This document shows positions 18,088 to 27,976 of a stretch of DNA of 64,000 nucleotides, one piece after another. The stretch's first letter is position 1. Each line of letters opens with the position of its first letter. The position numbers and the translations under genes are program-made. The notes under the pieces were generated by a model. The model saw only the letters and a program-made list of their open reading frames with translations, searched no databases and was not told where the DNA came from. The DNA comes from Corallococcus silvisoli (GTDB taxonomy: Bacteria; Myxococcota; Myxococcia; Myxococcales; Myxococcaceae): contig NZ_JAAAPJ010000005.1 in NCBI RefSeq assembly GCF_009909145.1, positions 400,470-464,469 on the forward strand, in the 5' to 3' direction.

Positions 18088-19104
18088 TCAATACACGTTG
18101 TACTTGGCGCGAAGCGCCTCGTGCTCCTGCGCGTTGCGCGACGGGTGCAGGACCCGCTGCGCGTCATGCAGGTAGTACCAGAAGTCGCTCTTCACCGGCC
18201 GCAGCGCGGCGAGCAGCGAGTCCACCGTGGGCGCCCCGATGGGGCCGGGCGGCAGGCCCGCGCGGGTGCGCGAGTTCCATGGGTCCGAGTTGTCGCGCAG
18301 CCGCTTGAGGAACGCCTTGCGGTCATTCCACTCGGCGAGCTCGTAGCGGCTGGTCGCGTCCACGCCCAGGGGGAAGCCCTTGTCCACGCGCTTCCAGAGG
18401 ATGCCCGCGACGAGCGCGCGCTGCGACGGCACCGGCTCCTCGCGCTCCAGCATGGAGGCCATCACGACGATGTCGTGCAGGGACCGGCCGCTCTTCGCGA
18501 TCTCCTCCTGGTGCGCGTCGTAGAAACGGGCGCGGAAGGTGTCGATCTGCCGCTGGATGAAGGCGTCCACGCGGAAGTTGTCCGCGATGATCCCGTACGT
18601 CTCCGGGTAGAGGTAGCCCTCCAGGCCGCGCGACGGCAGCGGGAACGGCGCGGTGAAGTGCTCCGGATGGGTGGCCGCGGCGATGTAGTCACCCGGCTTG
18701 ATCAACCCCTGCGAGGCGAGCATCTGGTCGGTGTCGCGCAGGCGCCAGCCCTCGATCATCGCGAAGGGCACGTCCTCCGGCAGCGGCGAGCCTTCCAGCG
18801 CGGTGGCCAGCTCCTCCACGGAGGCGGTGGGGCTCAGCAGGAAGCGGCCCGCCTTCACGTTGAGGCTGCCCCGGCGCCACAGGTGGAAGCGCCACACCGT
18901 GGCGTTGTCCAGGAAGCCCTGGGCCTGGAGCTGCTGCCCCAGGGAGCGCGCGGACGCGCCCTTCTTCACGATGAATTCCTTCGGCGCGGGATCCGCCGCG
19001 GGGTGCGGCGCCACGGTGGCCTTCTGGAGGGACACGAACACTCCGCCCACGCCCGCGACCGCCAGGACGCCGAGCACGAGGAGCGCGACGAGGATCTTCT
19101 TCAT
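18088..19104 (-). CDS. mltG: Endolytic murein transglycosylase MltG (YceG family).
   Basis: N-terminal TM anchor MKKILVALLVLGVLAVAG, then the YceG-like domain. Start at the internal Met of ORF 18088..19197. 10 nt upstream of the HK gene on the same strand. Confidence 0.8.
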   Translation of the reverse strand: MKKILVALLVLGVLAVAGVGGVFVSLQKATVAPHPAADPAPKEFIVKKGASARSLGQQLQAQGFLDNATVWRFHLWRRGSLNVKAGRFLLSPTASVEELATALEGSPLPEDVPFAMIEGWRLRDTDQMLASQGLIKPGDYIAAATHPEHFTAPFPLPSRGLEGYLYPETYGIIADNFRVDAFIQRQIDTFRARFYDAHQEEIAKSGRSLHDIVVMASMLEREEPVPSQRALVAGILWKRVDKGFPLGVDATSRYELAEWNDRKAFLKRLRDNSDPWNSRTRAGLPPGPIGAPTVDSLLAALRPVKSDFWYYLHDAQRVLHPSRNAQEHEALRAKYNVY

Positions 19105-19512
19105 GGGGCGGCAAACTATCACCGGCCCTGACGGTGCCAACGGGAACCGCCAGCCGCGCGGCCGAGCAGGCGGGCGCAGGCGCCCTCTTCTCAACACCCC
19201 CCGAGAAGGCCCCCCTCACCTCCAGGCGGAGGACCGGACCGCCTGCTCCGCACCCAAGAGATATACCCAGGGTCGCGGCGCCGTCCCTCCACCGAAAGGC
19301 GCGGGCCTCTTCGAGGATAGGCGCACGCCGCGGCGGCCCGGCCCACGGCCACTCGCGCCTGATGCCCGTTTCAGCGGTCCCGCCCGCCGCCGTGGAGGAG
19401 ACGGTGAGCCTCCGGGGGTCCCTGGTGGGAACCGGACAGCCTGGATTCCGCGCGCGGCCGGCCGTCATGTGAGGCGGGTGGGCCCTGGACCGGGCGCGAG
19501 TAGGATGGGGGC

Positions 19513-20418
19513 TTGTTCGTCGATCCCCGCCGGCTCGAAACGTTCCGTGTCGTCGCCACGACCGGACAGATCTCCGCGGCCTCCCGGCTGCTCCACCTGT
19601 CACAGCCAGCGGTCACGGCGCAGGTCCGGCAGCTGGAGGCCGATTGCGGCCAGCCGCTCCTCGTGCGCACCGCGAGGGGTGTGCGGTTGAACGCGGCGGG
19701 GCGCGTCCTCTTCGACTACGCGCAGCGCATCCATGGGCTGCTCGATGAGGCGGCGCTCGCCATCGCGGCGGAAGAAACGCTCACCGGGGAGCTGGTGCTG
19801 GCGGCCAGCACGACCATCGCCAGCGACATCGTGCCGGGCCTCCTGGCCTCGTTCCTTCGCACGCACCGGGACCTCCAGGTCCGGTTGGAGGTCGGCAACA
19901 CGCGGGAGGTGTTGTCCTGGCTGGCGGAGGGCCGGGTGCCGCTCGGGCTGGTGGAGGGGCACGCACGGGCGCCGCGGATCCGCCTGGAGCGCTACCTCGA
20001 CGACGAGCTGCTCCCCGTGGTCGCGGCGCGGGGGCCGGCGGAGTGGCTGCGCATCCGCACGCTCGAAGCGCTGCGAGGGGTGCCGCTGCTCTGGAGGGAG
20101 CCGGGCTCGGGCACGCGCGCGGTGCTGGAGCGGGCCTTGCGCAAGGCGGGCGTGCGCAAGGGGCCGCGGCCGGGCGACCTCCAGTTGGGGAGCACGGAGG
20201 CCATCAAGAAGGCCGTCGCGCTGGGCCTGGGCGTGGCGCTGCTGTCCCGCTGGAGCATCCACGAGGAGCTGTCCCTGGGCCGCCTCCAGGTGTTGCCCGT
20301 GCCCGGCTTGCGCGTCCCCCGCGTCTTCTCCTGGGCCCTGCCCGTGGACGAGCCCTCCGGCGTCGCGGGGCGCTTCCTCCGCCACGCTCGCGCCACGCCG
20401 CCCGTGCTGTTGCCTTGA
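19513..20418 (+). CDS. LysR-family transcriptional regulator.
   Basis: N-terminal HTH (FRVVATTGQISAASRLLHLSQPAVTAQVRQLE) plus a LysR substrate-binding domain. 301 aa. Confidence 0.8.
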   Translation: MFVDPRRLETFRVVATTGQISAASRLLHLSQPAVTAQVRQLEADCGQPLLVRTARGVRLNAAGRVLFDYAQRIHGLLDEAALAIAAEETLTGELVLAASTTIASDIVPGLLASFLRTHRDLQVRLEVGNTREVLSWLAEGRVPLGLVEGHARAPRIRLERYLDDELLPVVAARGPAEWLRIRTLEALRGVPLLWREPGSGTRAVLERALRKAGVRKGPRPGDLQLGSTEAIKKAVALGLGVALLSRWSIHEELSLGRLQVLPVPGLRVPRVFSWALPVDEPSGVAGRFLRHARATPPVLLP

Positions 20419-20451
20419 GGGTCCCCCATCCCCGGTGACCGGGCGCGCGGT

Positions 20452-21432
20452 TCAGGACACCCAGCCCAGGAGCAGCCCCCCCAGGCACAGGCCGGCCATG
20501 AGCAACCACAGCAGCACCGCCTGCGCGAGCGGCCGGAGCCCCACGGCGCGCAGCGTGTCGCGCGTCAGCCCCGCGCCCAGCAGGAAGAGCGTCACGACGA
20601 GCACCTGCCGCGCGACGGCCGCCACGCCCTGCCCCACCGGAGCGAGCGAGGGGAAGACCGTCACCAGCGCCGCCGCGCCAAGAAACCCGGCGATGAACCA
20701 CGGTCGGCGCACCTTGCCCGTCACCGCGTTCCCCTTGCGCCGCTGCCACGCCGCGAGCCCCAGCGTCAGCGGGAGGATCCACAGGGCGCGCGCGAGCTTC
20801 ACCGGCGTCGCCACCGCGAGGGCCTCCGGGCCATAGCGCAGCGCCGCGCCCACCACGGAGCTGGTGTCGTGGATGGCCATCGCGCACCACAGCCCGAACT
20901 GGTGCGGCGTCAGCCCCACCGCGTGGCCCACGGCGGGGAAGACGAACAGCGCCACCGCGTTGAGCAGGAACACCGTCCCCAGGGCCACGGACGTCTCGTG
21001 CTCCTTCGGCCGCAGCACCGGCACCACCGCGGCGATGGCGCTCCCGCCGCAGATGGCCGTCCCGACGCTGATGAGCAGTCCCGTCACGCGCGGAACCCGC
21101 AGCAGCCGGGCAAGCCCCACCCCCACCGCCAGGCACAGCGCGATGCCCACCACCGTGTAGCCCAGCCCTTCACGCCCCGCCGTGAGGACCGTGCGCAGGT
21201 CCATGCCCGCGCCCAGCCCGACCACCGCCAGGGACAGCAACCGGGGCGTGAGTCCGCGCGTCCGCGCCGCGAACGGATTGCCCACCGTCATCGCGACGCA
21301 CAGCCCCGCGAGCAGCGCCGCGCCCGTGGAGACCTGGGGCAGCAGGCACGCCGCCGCGCCCAGCGGCACCAGGACGTGTCCGGGGGTCCATGACCGTACC
21401 CGGGCGACAGGGAGAGGAGGAGGAAGTGCCAT
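20452..21432 (-). CDS. YeiH/UPF0324-family inner-membrane protein (putative sulfate exporter family).
   Basis: ~10 TM helices. Family-typical size and hydrophobicity. Adjacent to a LysR gene, matching the yeiE-yeiH pairing known in E. coli. Confidence 0.65.
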   Translation of the reverse strand: MALPPPLPVARVRSWTPGHVLVPLGAAACLLPQVSTGAALLAGLCVAMTVGNPFAARTRGLTPRLLSLAVVGLGAGMDLRTVLTAGREGLGYTVVGIALCLAVGVGLARLLRVPRVTGLLISVGTAICGGSAIAAVVPVLRPKEHETSVALGTVFLLNAVALFVFPAVGHAVGLTPHQFGLWCAMAIHDTSSVVGAALRYGPEALAVATPVKLARALWILPLTLGLAAWQRRKGNAVTGKVRRPWFIAGFLGAAALVTVFPSLAPVGQGVAAVARQVLVVTLFLLGAGLTRDTLRAVGLRPLAQAVLLWLLMAGLCLGGLLLGWVS

Positions 21433-21489
21433 GCGCGAAGAGATGCGCGCGGACCGCCCCGTCCACCAGATGGCAGAAGCGATGGGCCA

Positions 21490-22281
21490 TCAGCTTTCCG
21501 GATACCTCCCGGAGACCCGCAGGTTCAGCTCGCTCGGGGTGAGGACTTCACAGCCATCGCGGGTGACGAGCACGGTGTGCTCGAACTGGGCGGACAGGCT
21601 GCCGTCCGCGGTCACGACGGTCCACCCGTCCGGCATCATCCGGATGTCCGGCCGCCCCAGGTTCACCATGGGCTCGATGGTGATGACCATCCCCGAGCGC
21701 AGCGTGATGCCCGTGCCCGCCCTCGCGACGTGCGGCACGTGTGGCTCGCCGTGCATCCGCCGGCCGATGCCGTGCCCGCCGAACTCCTCCACCACGCTGC
21801 ACCCCTCCGCCTTCGCCAGCGCCATCACCGCCGCGCCAATGTCCCCCAGCCGCGCGCCGTGCCGCACCACCGCCACGCCCGCGTCCCGGCACCGCCGCGC
21901 CACGTCCACCACGTGCTTCGCGTCGGCGGACACCTCGCCGATGAGGAACGTGGCGGATGTATCGCCGTGGAAGCCGTCCAGGCACGTCGTCACGTCCACG
22001 TTCACGATGTCCCCGGGCTTCAGGTGCTCATCCGGACGCGGGATGCCGTGGCACACGACGTGGTTGCGGCTGGTGCACACCGTGGCGGGAAAGCCCTTGT
22101 AGCCCAGCTGGCTGGGCGTGCCGCCCCGCCGTGCCGTGTCCTCGCGAACCCACGCGTCGATGTCCGCCGTCGTCACGCCCGGCTGGAGCCTGCCAGCCAC
22201 GTGCTCCAGCGTGCCCGCCGCCGCGCGCCCCGCGAGCCGCAGCCGCTCCACTTCACTGCCCTTGAAGAGAGGAATGCCCAT
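21490..22281 (-). CDS. map: Type I methionine aminopeptidase.
   Basis: Metal-ligand motifs of M24A MetAP (D..DVT, HGIGR..HE, EPM). Start at MGIPLFKGSEVE, inside the longer ORF 21490..22464. Confidence 0.9.
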   Translation of the reverse strand: MGIPLFKGSEVERLRLAGRAAAGTLEHVAGRLQPGVTTADIDAWVREDTARRGGTPSQLGYKGFPATVCTSRNHVVCHGIPRPDEHLKPGDIVNVDVTTCLDGFHGDTSATFLIGEVSADAKHVVDVARRCRDAGVAVVRHGARLGDIGAAVMALAKAEGCSVVEEFGGHGIGRRMHGEPHVPHVARAGTGITLRSGMVITIEPMVNLGRPDIRMMPDGWTVVTADGSLSAQFEHTVLVTRDGCEVLTPSELNLRVSGRYPES

Positions 22282-22318
22282 GCCGGGCAAGGTGGCATCC
22301 GCTCCTTCGAAACGTCCA

Positions 22319-22666
22319 ATGCTGTTCTGGCATCGCCCTGCCCCGTGCACGGCCCGCGGGTCCCGCGCTAACCTCGCGCGCGTGAGCATCACGCACCTCC
22401 AATCCTTCATCGCGGTGGCGGAAGAAGGCCACGTGGGCCGGGCCGCGCGCCGGCTGCACCTCACGCAGCCCCCGCTCAGCCGTCACATCCTCGCCCTGGA
22501 GGACGAGCTGGGCACGCCCCTCTTCGAGCGCGTCCCCCGGGGCATGCGCCTGCTGCCCACCGGAGAGGCCCTGCTCCAGCACGCGCGCCGCATCCTCGCG
22601 GAGGTGGACGCCGCGACGCGCACCGTGCGCGAGGCGGCCCGGGACCCGAAGCCGCCTCCCGCCTGA
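22319..22666 (+). pseudogene. Truncated LysR-type regulator: HTH DNA-binding domain only (~95-116 aa). No effector-binding domain.
   Basis: Canonical LysR N-terminus (ITHLQSFIAVAEEGHVGRAARRLHLTQPPLSRHILALEDELGTPLFERVPRGMRLLPTGEALL). Stops at 22666, 4 bp before the convergent helicase stop. A GTG at 22382 is an alternative start. Confidence 0.45.
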
Positions 22667-22670
22667 CGGC

Positions 22671-25229
22671 CTACGACCAGGCGCTCATGCCGCCAATGCG
22701 GCGCAGCATCAGGATGGGGCCGTCGTCCATGCGCCGGCCGCGCAGATCGATCTCACAGTCGATGACCCAGTCCCCATGGCCCTCCGGGTCCATGATGCGC
22801 TGCTGCGCCTCCCACTGACGGGTGCCGGTCTCCTTGAGCTGGGTGTTCGCCGGCTTGCGCGCTTGCGGGGTGAGCACCACCAGCTTGTGCTCCTCGAAGT
22901 ACGGCGCCATCGCCTGCTCCAGCTTCGGAGCCGTCCACTCGCCCAGCGCGTTGTCCAGCATGCCCAGCGCGTCCAGGAAGCGGCGCTGCCCCAGCGCGCG
23001 CAGCAGCCGGTGCAGCTCCTCGCGCACGCGGGCGGCGAAGGCGCGCGGGTCCTCGGTGAGCTCCTTGGGCTTGAGGTCCACCACCGGCTTGGCCTCGACG
23101 GGCGCCTCCGGGTTGCGCATCCGCTCCCACTCGTCCAGGAGGCTGGAGTCCACCTGACGCAGCGTCGCGCGCAGGTGGTCGATGATGTCGTCCAGGTCCT
23201 CGTTGCGGAACTTCTCCGGCACCGTCTGCACCAGCGACTTGTAGACGTCCCCCACGTAGCGCAGCAGCACGCCCTCGCTGCGCTGCAGGCCGTACTCCCG
23301 CACGTAGTCGTGGAAGGACATGAAGCGCTCGAACATGTCCCGGACGATGGACTTGGGCCGGATGTTCTCCTCGCCCACCCACGGGTGCTTGCGCGCGAAC
23401 GCGTTGAACGTGCCGTAGACGAACTCGCGGTTGGGCTTGGGCCACTCCAGCTTCTCCAGCTCCTCCATCCGGTCGTCGTACTCGACGCCCCGCGCCTTCA
23501 TCTCCTGGATCTTCTCCCCCTTGAGCTGGTGCAGCTGCGCGTACAGCACCACGTCCGGGTTCTCCAGGATGGACTCCACCAGCGTGACGACGTCCAACGC
23601 GTACGTCTCCAGCGTGGGATCCAGCAGCTCCAGCGTCTCGTGCAGGTACAGGGACAGCGTGTGGTTGAGGCTGAAGTCGCGCTGCAGCTCCTCCGCGACC
23701 TCCACCGTCGCGGAGCGCTTCTCCCACTGCACCACCTTCACGATGCCGGCGTCGCGCAGCGTGCGGAAGTACATCGCCGCGTCCTTCAGGAGCCGCCGCT
23801 TCGTGTAGTCGGAGTTGTGCGAGCGCATCACCAGCTGCACCAGCCGCCGGTAGCCCCCGCTGCCCTCCGTCTTGTCGCTCTGGAGCAGGTTGAGCAGCAG
23901 GCCGTGGCTCACCTCGAAGCGCGACTCCAGCGGCTCCGGCAGGCCATTCTGGAGGCGGTCGAAGGTGCTCTTGTCGTACTGCACGAAGCCCTTCTGCGGC
24001 GGCTTCGCCTTGGGCGACTTCTTCTTGCCCGCGGCCTCCTTCGCGGCCTGGCGGATGTTCTCGATCATGTACTCCGGGGCCTGCGCCACCACGCTGCCCT
24101 CGGTGTCGAAGCCCTTGCGGCCCGCGCGGCCGGCGATCTGCTTGAAGTCGCGCACGCTCAGCGTCGAGAGCTTCTCCCCGTTGAACTTGAACAGCTGCGT
24201 GAAGAGCACCGTGCGGATGGGGATGTTCACGCCCACGCCCAGCGTGTCCGTGCCGCTGATGACCTTGAGCAGGCCCTGCTGCGCCAGCTTCTCCACCAGC
24301 AGCCGGTACTTGGGCAGCAGGCCCGCGTGGTGCATGCCGATGCCGTGGCGCAGGAAGCGCTGGAAGTCCTTGCCGTAGGGCGTGTCGAAGGGGGCGTCCA
24401 TCAGCGCCTGGCGGATCTCCTCCTTCTCCTCCTTGGTGTTGAAGTCCACGGACATCAGGTTCTGCGCCTGCTCGGCCGCGGCCCGCTGCGTGAAGTTCAC
24501 CAGGTAGACGGGGTACTTCCCGCGCGCGATGAGGTCCTGGATGGTCTCGTGCAGCGGCACCTCGCGGTAGTCGAAGTCCAGCGGCACGGGGCGCTCGGAG
24601 CTGCGCACCGTGGCGACCTCGCGGCCGGTGAGCTTCTCCAGGCTCTGCTCGATGACGTGCGTGTCCCCCAGGGTGGCGGACATCAACAGGAACTGCGTGT
24701 GGGGCAGGGCCAGCAGCGGAATCTGCCAGGCCACGCCGCGCTCCTTGTCGGAGTAGTAATGGAACTCGTCCATCACCACCGCGTCCACGCGCGCGGACGC
24801 GTCCCGGAGCGCCAGGTTCGCGAGGATCTCCGCCGTGCAGCAGAGGATGGGCGCCTCGCGGTTGATGCTCGCGTCGCCCGTCAGCATGCCCACGTTCTCC
24901 GGGCCGAACGCCTTGGAGAGCGCGAAGAACTTCTCGTTCACCAGCGCCTTGATGGGGCACGTGTAGAACGACACCTTGCCCTCGGCCATGGCCTTGAAGT
25001 GGAGCGCCATGGCCACCAGCGACTTGCCGGAGCCCGTGGGCGTCTTGAGGAACAGGTGCTTGTCGCTCAAGAGCTCCAGGATGGCTTCCTCCTGGGCGGA
25101 ATACAGGCTCAGCCCGTTCGTGGCCACGTAGCCCACGAAGCGGTTGAGGATTTCATCGGCGTCGAGACGGGGCTCGCCGGGCTTCGGCAACAGGGCGGCG
25201 AGAGGAGCGCTTGATTCGGAGGAGGCCAT
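22671..25229 (-). CDS. DEAD/DEAH-box (SF2) helicase with C-terminal DUF3516-like region.
   Basis: Walker A (TPTGSGKS), DEFH box, and helicase C motifs (QIAGRAGRKG). 852 aa. Confidence 0.85.
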   Translation of the reverse strand: MASSESSAPLAALLPKPGEPRLDADEILNRFVGYVATNGLSLYSAQEEAILELLSDKHLFLKTPTGSGKSLVAMALHFKAMAEGKVSFYTCPIKALVNEKFFALSKAFGPENVGMLTGDASINREAPILCCTAEILANLALRDASARVDAVVMDEFHYYSDKERGVAWQIPLLALPHTQFLLMSATLGDTHVIEQSLEKLTGREVATVRSSERPVPLDFDYREVPLHETIQDLIARGKYPVYLVNFTQRAAAEQAQNLMSVDFNTKEEKEEIRQALMDAPFDTPYGKDFQRFLRHGIGMHHAGLLPKYRLLVEKLAQQGLLKVISGTDTLGVGVNIPIRTVLFTQLFKFNGEKLSTLSVRDFKQIAGRAGRKGFDTEGSVVAQAPEYMIENIRQAAKEAAGKKKSPKAKPPQKGFVQYDKSTFDRLQNGLPEPLESRFEVSHGLLLNLLQSDKTEGSGGYRRLVQLVMRSHNSDYTKRRLLKDAAMYFRTLRDAGIVKVVQWEKRSATVEVAEELQRDFSLNHTLSLYLHETLELLDPTLETYALDVVTLVESILENPDVVLYAQLHQLKGEKIQEMKARGVEYDDRMEELEKLEWPKPNREFVYGTFNAFARKHPWVGEENIRPKSIVRDMFERFMSFHDYVREYGLQRSEGVLLRYVGDVYKSLVQTVPEKFRNEDLDDIIDHLRATLRQVDSSLLDEWERMRNPEAPVEAKPVVDLKPKELTEDPRAFAARVREELHRLLRALGQRRFLDALGMLDNALGEWTAPKLEQAMAPYFEEHKLVVLTPQARKPANTQLKETGTRQWEAQQRIMDPEGHGDWVIDCEIDLRGRRMDDGPILMLRRIGGMSAWS

Positions 25230-25393
25230 CGCCGGGGAACTCTAGGACGTGGCATGCGCGCCCAACTGGAAAATTGCGACTCGCCCTCTCAGAACCTGCG
25301 ATTCGCGACGTTTTCGCACGACCCGTGGGGGAAGGAGGGGCCCGGGTGCTTTCCAATCGTGTCGGCCCGGTTTAGTAGGAATTTGGACCGCCG

Positions 25394-27070
25394 ATGCAAA
25401 AGCCTACCGAACCCACCTCCGCGCAATCCGAACCGCTGACGACGGGCCGGGTCCTCCGTGGGACGTATGAGATTGGCACCGTGCTGGGCAAGGGAGGCAT
25501 GGGCGCCGTGTTCCTGGCCCGGCACCTGCGCCTCCCGGGCAAGCAGGTGGCCGTCAAGGTGCTGCACGGCGTGGAGGCGCTGTCGGAGGAGGTCGCGGTG
25601 CGCTTCCGGCGCGAGGCGGAGATCGCCTCCCGGCTGGGGCACCCGAACATCGTGGAGGTGCTGGACTTCGACACGCTGGAGGACGGCACGCCCTTCATGG
25701 TGATGGAGTACCTGCGCGGTGAGGGGCTGTCGCGGCGGCTGCGCAAGCAGAAGCAGCTGCCCCTGGAGGAGGTCTTCTCCATCTCCCGGCAGATGGGCGC
25801 GGCGCTCCAGGCGGCGCACCGCGCGGGCGTGGTGCACCGCGACCTGAAGCCAGGCAACGTGTTCCTCGTGCCCACCGAAGCCGGCGGCGTGGTGGGCGAG
25901 CGCGTGAAGCTGCTCGACTTCGGCATCTCCAAGCTCGTCGACTCGCGCACGGTGCAGACGCTGGACTCGGTGCTGATGGGGACGCCGCAGTACATGGCGC
26001 CCGAGCAGGCCATGGGCCACAACAGCGACGTGGACGCGCGCACGGACCTCTTCGCGTTCGGCTGCATGGTCTACGAGATGCTCGCCGGCCGGCCCCCCTA
26101 CTCCGGCGACAACATCGCGGAGCTCATCTATCAAATCGTCCACCTGGAGCCCGCGCCCCTGCTGACGCTGGCCCCGCAGACACCGCCGCACGTGGTGACG
26201 GCCATCTCGCGCGCGATGGCGAAGAAGCCCGCGGACCGCTACCCGGACGTGGGCGCGTTCATCCTGGAGTTGACGGGCAGCCCGCTGCAGTCGCTCGGGG
26301 AGCCGAAGCAGGAGCGCCCCCGGACCGCCTCCGACGGCCCCACGCCAATGCATCCCCGCCCGCTCCCCCAGGAGCACATCCCCACCGTGGGCATGCGGCC
26401 CCACGCGGGCAGCGATGATGCGGCGCCGCAGGCCCCCGCCAGTCCCCGGACGGAGTCACTTCCCGCGCAGCCCCTGTCCCGCGCCCGGCCGAAGTGGCCG
26501 GTCGCCGTCGCCGTGGGCGTGGCGGTCATCGTCGCCTTCTCCGCCGCCTTCTTCTGGAAGCGCCCGGTCGCGGCTCCGGCCGTGGCCGGACAGGCCCCGG
26601 TGGTTCCGGTGAAGCCCGCCGACCCGCCGCCCGCCGTGGCCGTGACCCCGCCCCCGGAGGACCCGACGAAGCCGGTGGATCCGCCGCCGGCCATGGAGCC
26701 CGAGGGCCAGCCGCCGACCGTCGATGCCCAGCCGTCACAGCAGCCCACCGAGCCAGCGGAGGCTCCCACCGTCGCCGTCAAGGGCAAGCCCCAGGGAGCC
26801 CGGGGCGCCCCCGAGTCGATGCCCGACAGCGTCCGCGAGGACCTGGCCGCGGCGCAGCGGGCGCTGGACGCGTCGAACACGGCGGAAGCACTGCGTCACA
26901 TCCGGCGGAGCCAGCGGACGAAAATCACCGGCGCGTCGTACGCGCTGCTCACCCGCGTGTATTGCCAGCAGCACGACCTGGCGAACGCGCGGGCACAATG
27001 GACCCGGGTTCCGGCAACGGAGCGTCCAAGGGTCCGACAATACTGTGCGAAGTACGAAATCGACCTCTGA
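25394..27070 (+). CDS. Hanks-type Ser/Thr protein kinase with Pro-rich linker, TM segment and C-terminal TPR-like tail.
   Basis: GKGGMGAVF...VAVK, HRDLKPGN, DFG, and GTPQYMAPE kinase subdomains. TM VAVAVGVAVIVAFSAAFF. Confidence 0.85.
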   Translation: MQKPTEPTSAQSEPLTTGRVLRGTYEIGTVLGKGGMGAVFLARHLRLPGKQVAVKVLHGVEALSEEVAVRFRREAEIASRLGHPNIVEVLDFDTLEDGTPFMVMEYLRGEGLSRRLRKQKQLPLEEVFSISRQMGAALQAAHRAGVVHRDLKPGNVFLVPTEAGGVVGERVKLLDFGISKLVDSRTVQTLDSVLMGTPQYMAPEQAMGHNSDVDARTDLFAFGCMVYEMLAGRPPYSGDNIAELIYQIVHLEPAPLLTLAPQTPPHVVTAISRAMAKKPADRYPDVGAFILELTGSPLQSLGEPKQERPRTASDGPTPMHPRPLPQEHIPTVGMRPHAGSDDAAPQAPASPRTESLPAQPLSRARPKWPVAVAVGVAVIVAFSAAFFWKRPVAAPAVAGQAPVVPVKPADPPPAVAVTPPPEDPTKPVDPPPAMEPEGQPPTVDAQPSQQPTEPAEAPTVAVKGKPQGARGAPESMPDSVREDLAAAQRALDASNTAEALRHIRRSQRTKITGASYALLTRVYCQQHDLANARAQWTRVPATERPRVRQYCAKYEIDL

Positions 27071-27131
27071 AGGGTCGTCCCGGGCGCGCGGAACGCTGCT
27101 TCCAGCGTCCCTGCCCATTCAAGGAGTGGCC

Positions 27132-27959
27132 GTGAGAGTTCTATTGGCAGTGAGCATCGTGGCGTTGTCCCTGGGGTGTTCCCGGGGCCTTCGGCCCGAC
27201 AGCCCCGTGGCGGGCACGAAGCCCACCGTGGGCAAGGTGTATTCCAACGAGGCCGGCGAGCAGGTCACCGTCATCGCGCTGGAGCCCGCCGACGCGCACA
27301 AGGCGCTGGTGGCCTTCGAAGGCACCCAGGGTGAGCTGGACGGCAAGGTCCTGGTCGCCCACGTCAGCCGCGACCGGGGCATGGAGTACTGGACCCAGTG
27401 GCGCGGCCGCCGGCAGCGCTTCGTCACCGTGAACGACCGGGGCGGCTATGAGGACCTGGTCCTCAGCGCCGTGAACCACACGGGCTACACGCACCTGAAG
27501 CCGGACACGGGGAAGACCGCGGCGCTGAAGGTGGAGAAGGTCTTCGCGCGCTACGCGGACCAGGAGGGCGACAAGAAGTACCAGGCCCTGCTCGCGTTCG
27601 ACCGCAAGTTCTGGACCCAGCAGGCGGAGGCCCAGCTGACGGAGGCGCTGACCGAGACGAACAAGGCCTGCGGCACGAAGCTGTCCTCCACCGTGGCCTG
27701 GGACTCCATCACCGACGAGCTCATCAACGAGATGTCCTTCGGCAGCTACTGCGCGGGCCCCCTGGAGTCGCTCCAGAAGCTGTGCGAGCGCTCCGATGAG
27801 GCGAAGCGCACCATCCAGCAGAAGGTCCAGACGGTGGAGTGCCGGGTGGACCCCAAGGCCGCGCTGAAGCTGGAGGCCCAGAAGATCATCTGGTCCGTGA
27901 CGAACGGCGAGACGATCCAGCCCGACGCCACCACCGCCTACTTCACCGACACCCTCTAG
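27132..27959 (+). CDS. Hypothetical lipoprotein.
   Basis: AAGGAG RBS at 27121-27126, then a GTG start. Lipobox VALSLGC. The rest is hydrophilic with no recognised domain. Directly downstream of the kinase gene. Confidence 0.55.
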   Translation: MRVLLAVSIVALSLGCSRGLRPDSPVAGTKPTVGKVYSNEAGEQVTVIALEPADAHKALVAFEGTQGELDGKVLVAHVSRDRGMEYWTQWRGRRQRFVTVNDRGGYEDLVLSAVNHTGYTHLKPDTGKTAALKVEKVFARYADQEGDKKYQALLAFDRKFWTQQAEAQLTEALTETNKACGTKLSSTVAWDSITDELINEMSFGSYCAGPLESLQKLCERSDEAKRTIQQKVQTVECRVDPKAALKLEAQKIIWSVTNGETIQPDATTAYFTDTL

Positions 27960-27976
27960 AACGAAAGCCCACTGAC

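Noticed and set aside
16972-19131. 719-aa plus-strand ORF opposite the histidine kinase and mltG.
   Set aside because: Antisense shadow; low-complexity translation.
19733-21136. ORFs 19733..20836 (+) and 20204..21136 (-) with Arg/Pro/Ala-rich products.
   Set aside because: They overlap the LysR and YeiH genes in other frames, with no coding signatures beyond high GC.
22753-25214. 735-aa (-) and 812-aa (+) alternative-frame ORFs across the helicase gene.
   Set aside because: The helicase frame (22671..25229 -) carries all SF2 motifs. The others are frame shadows.
25230-25393. Possible sigma54 (-24/-12) promoter around TGGCATGCGCGCCCAACTGGAAAATTGCG upstream of the kinase gene.
   Set aside because: The spacing between the GG and GC elements does not fit the TGGCAC-N5-TTGC consensus. 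I could not support it.
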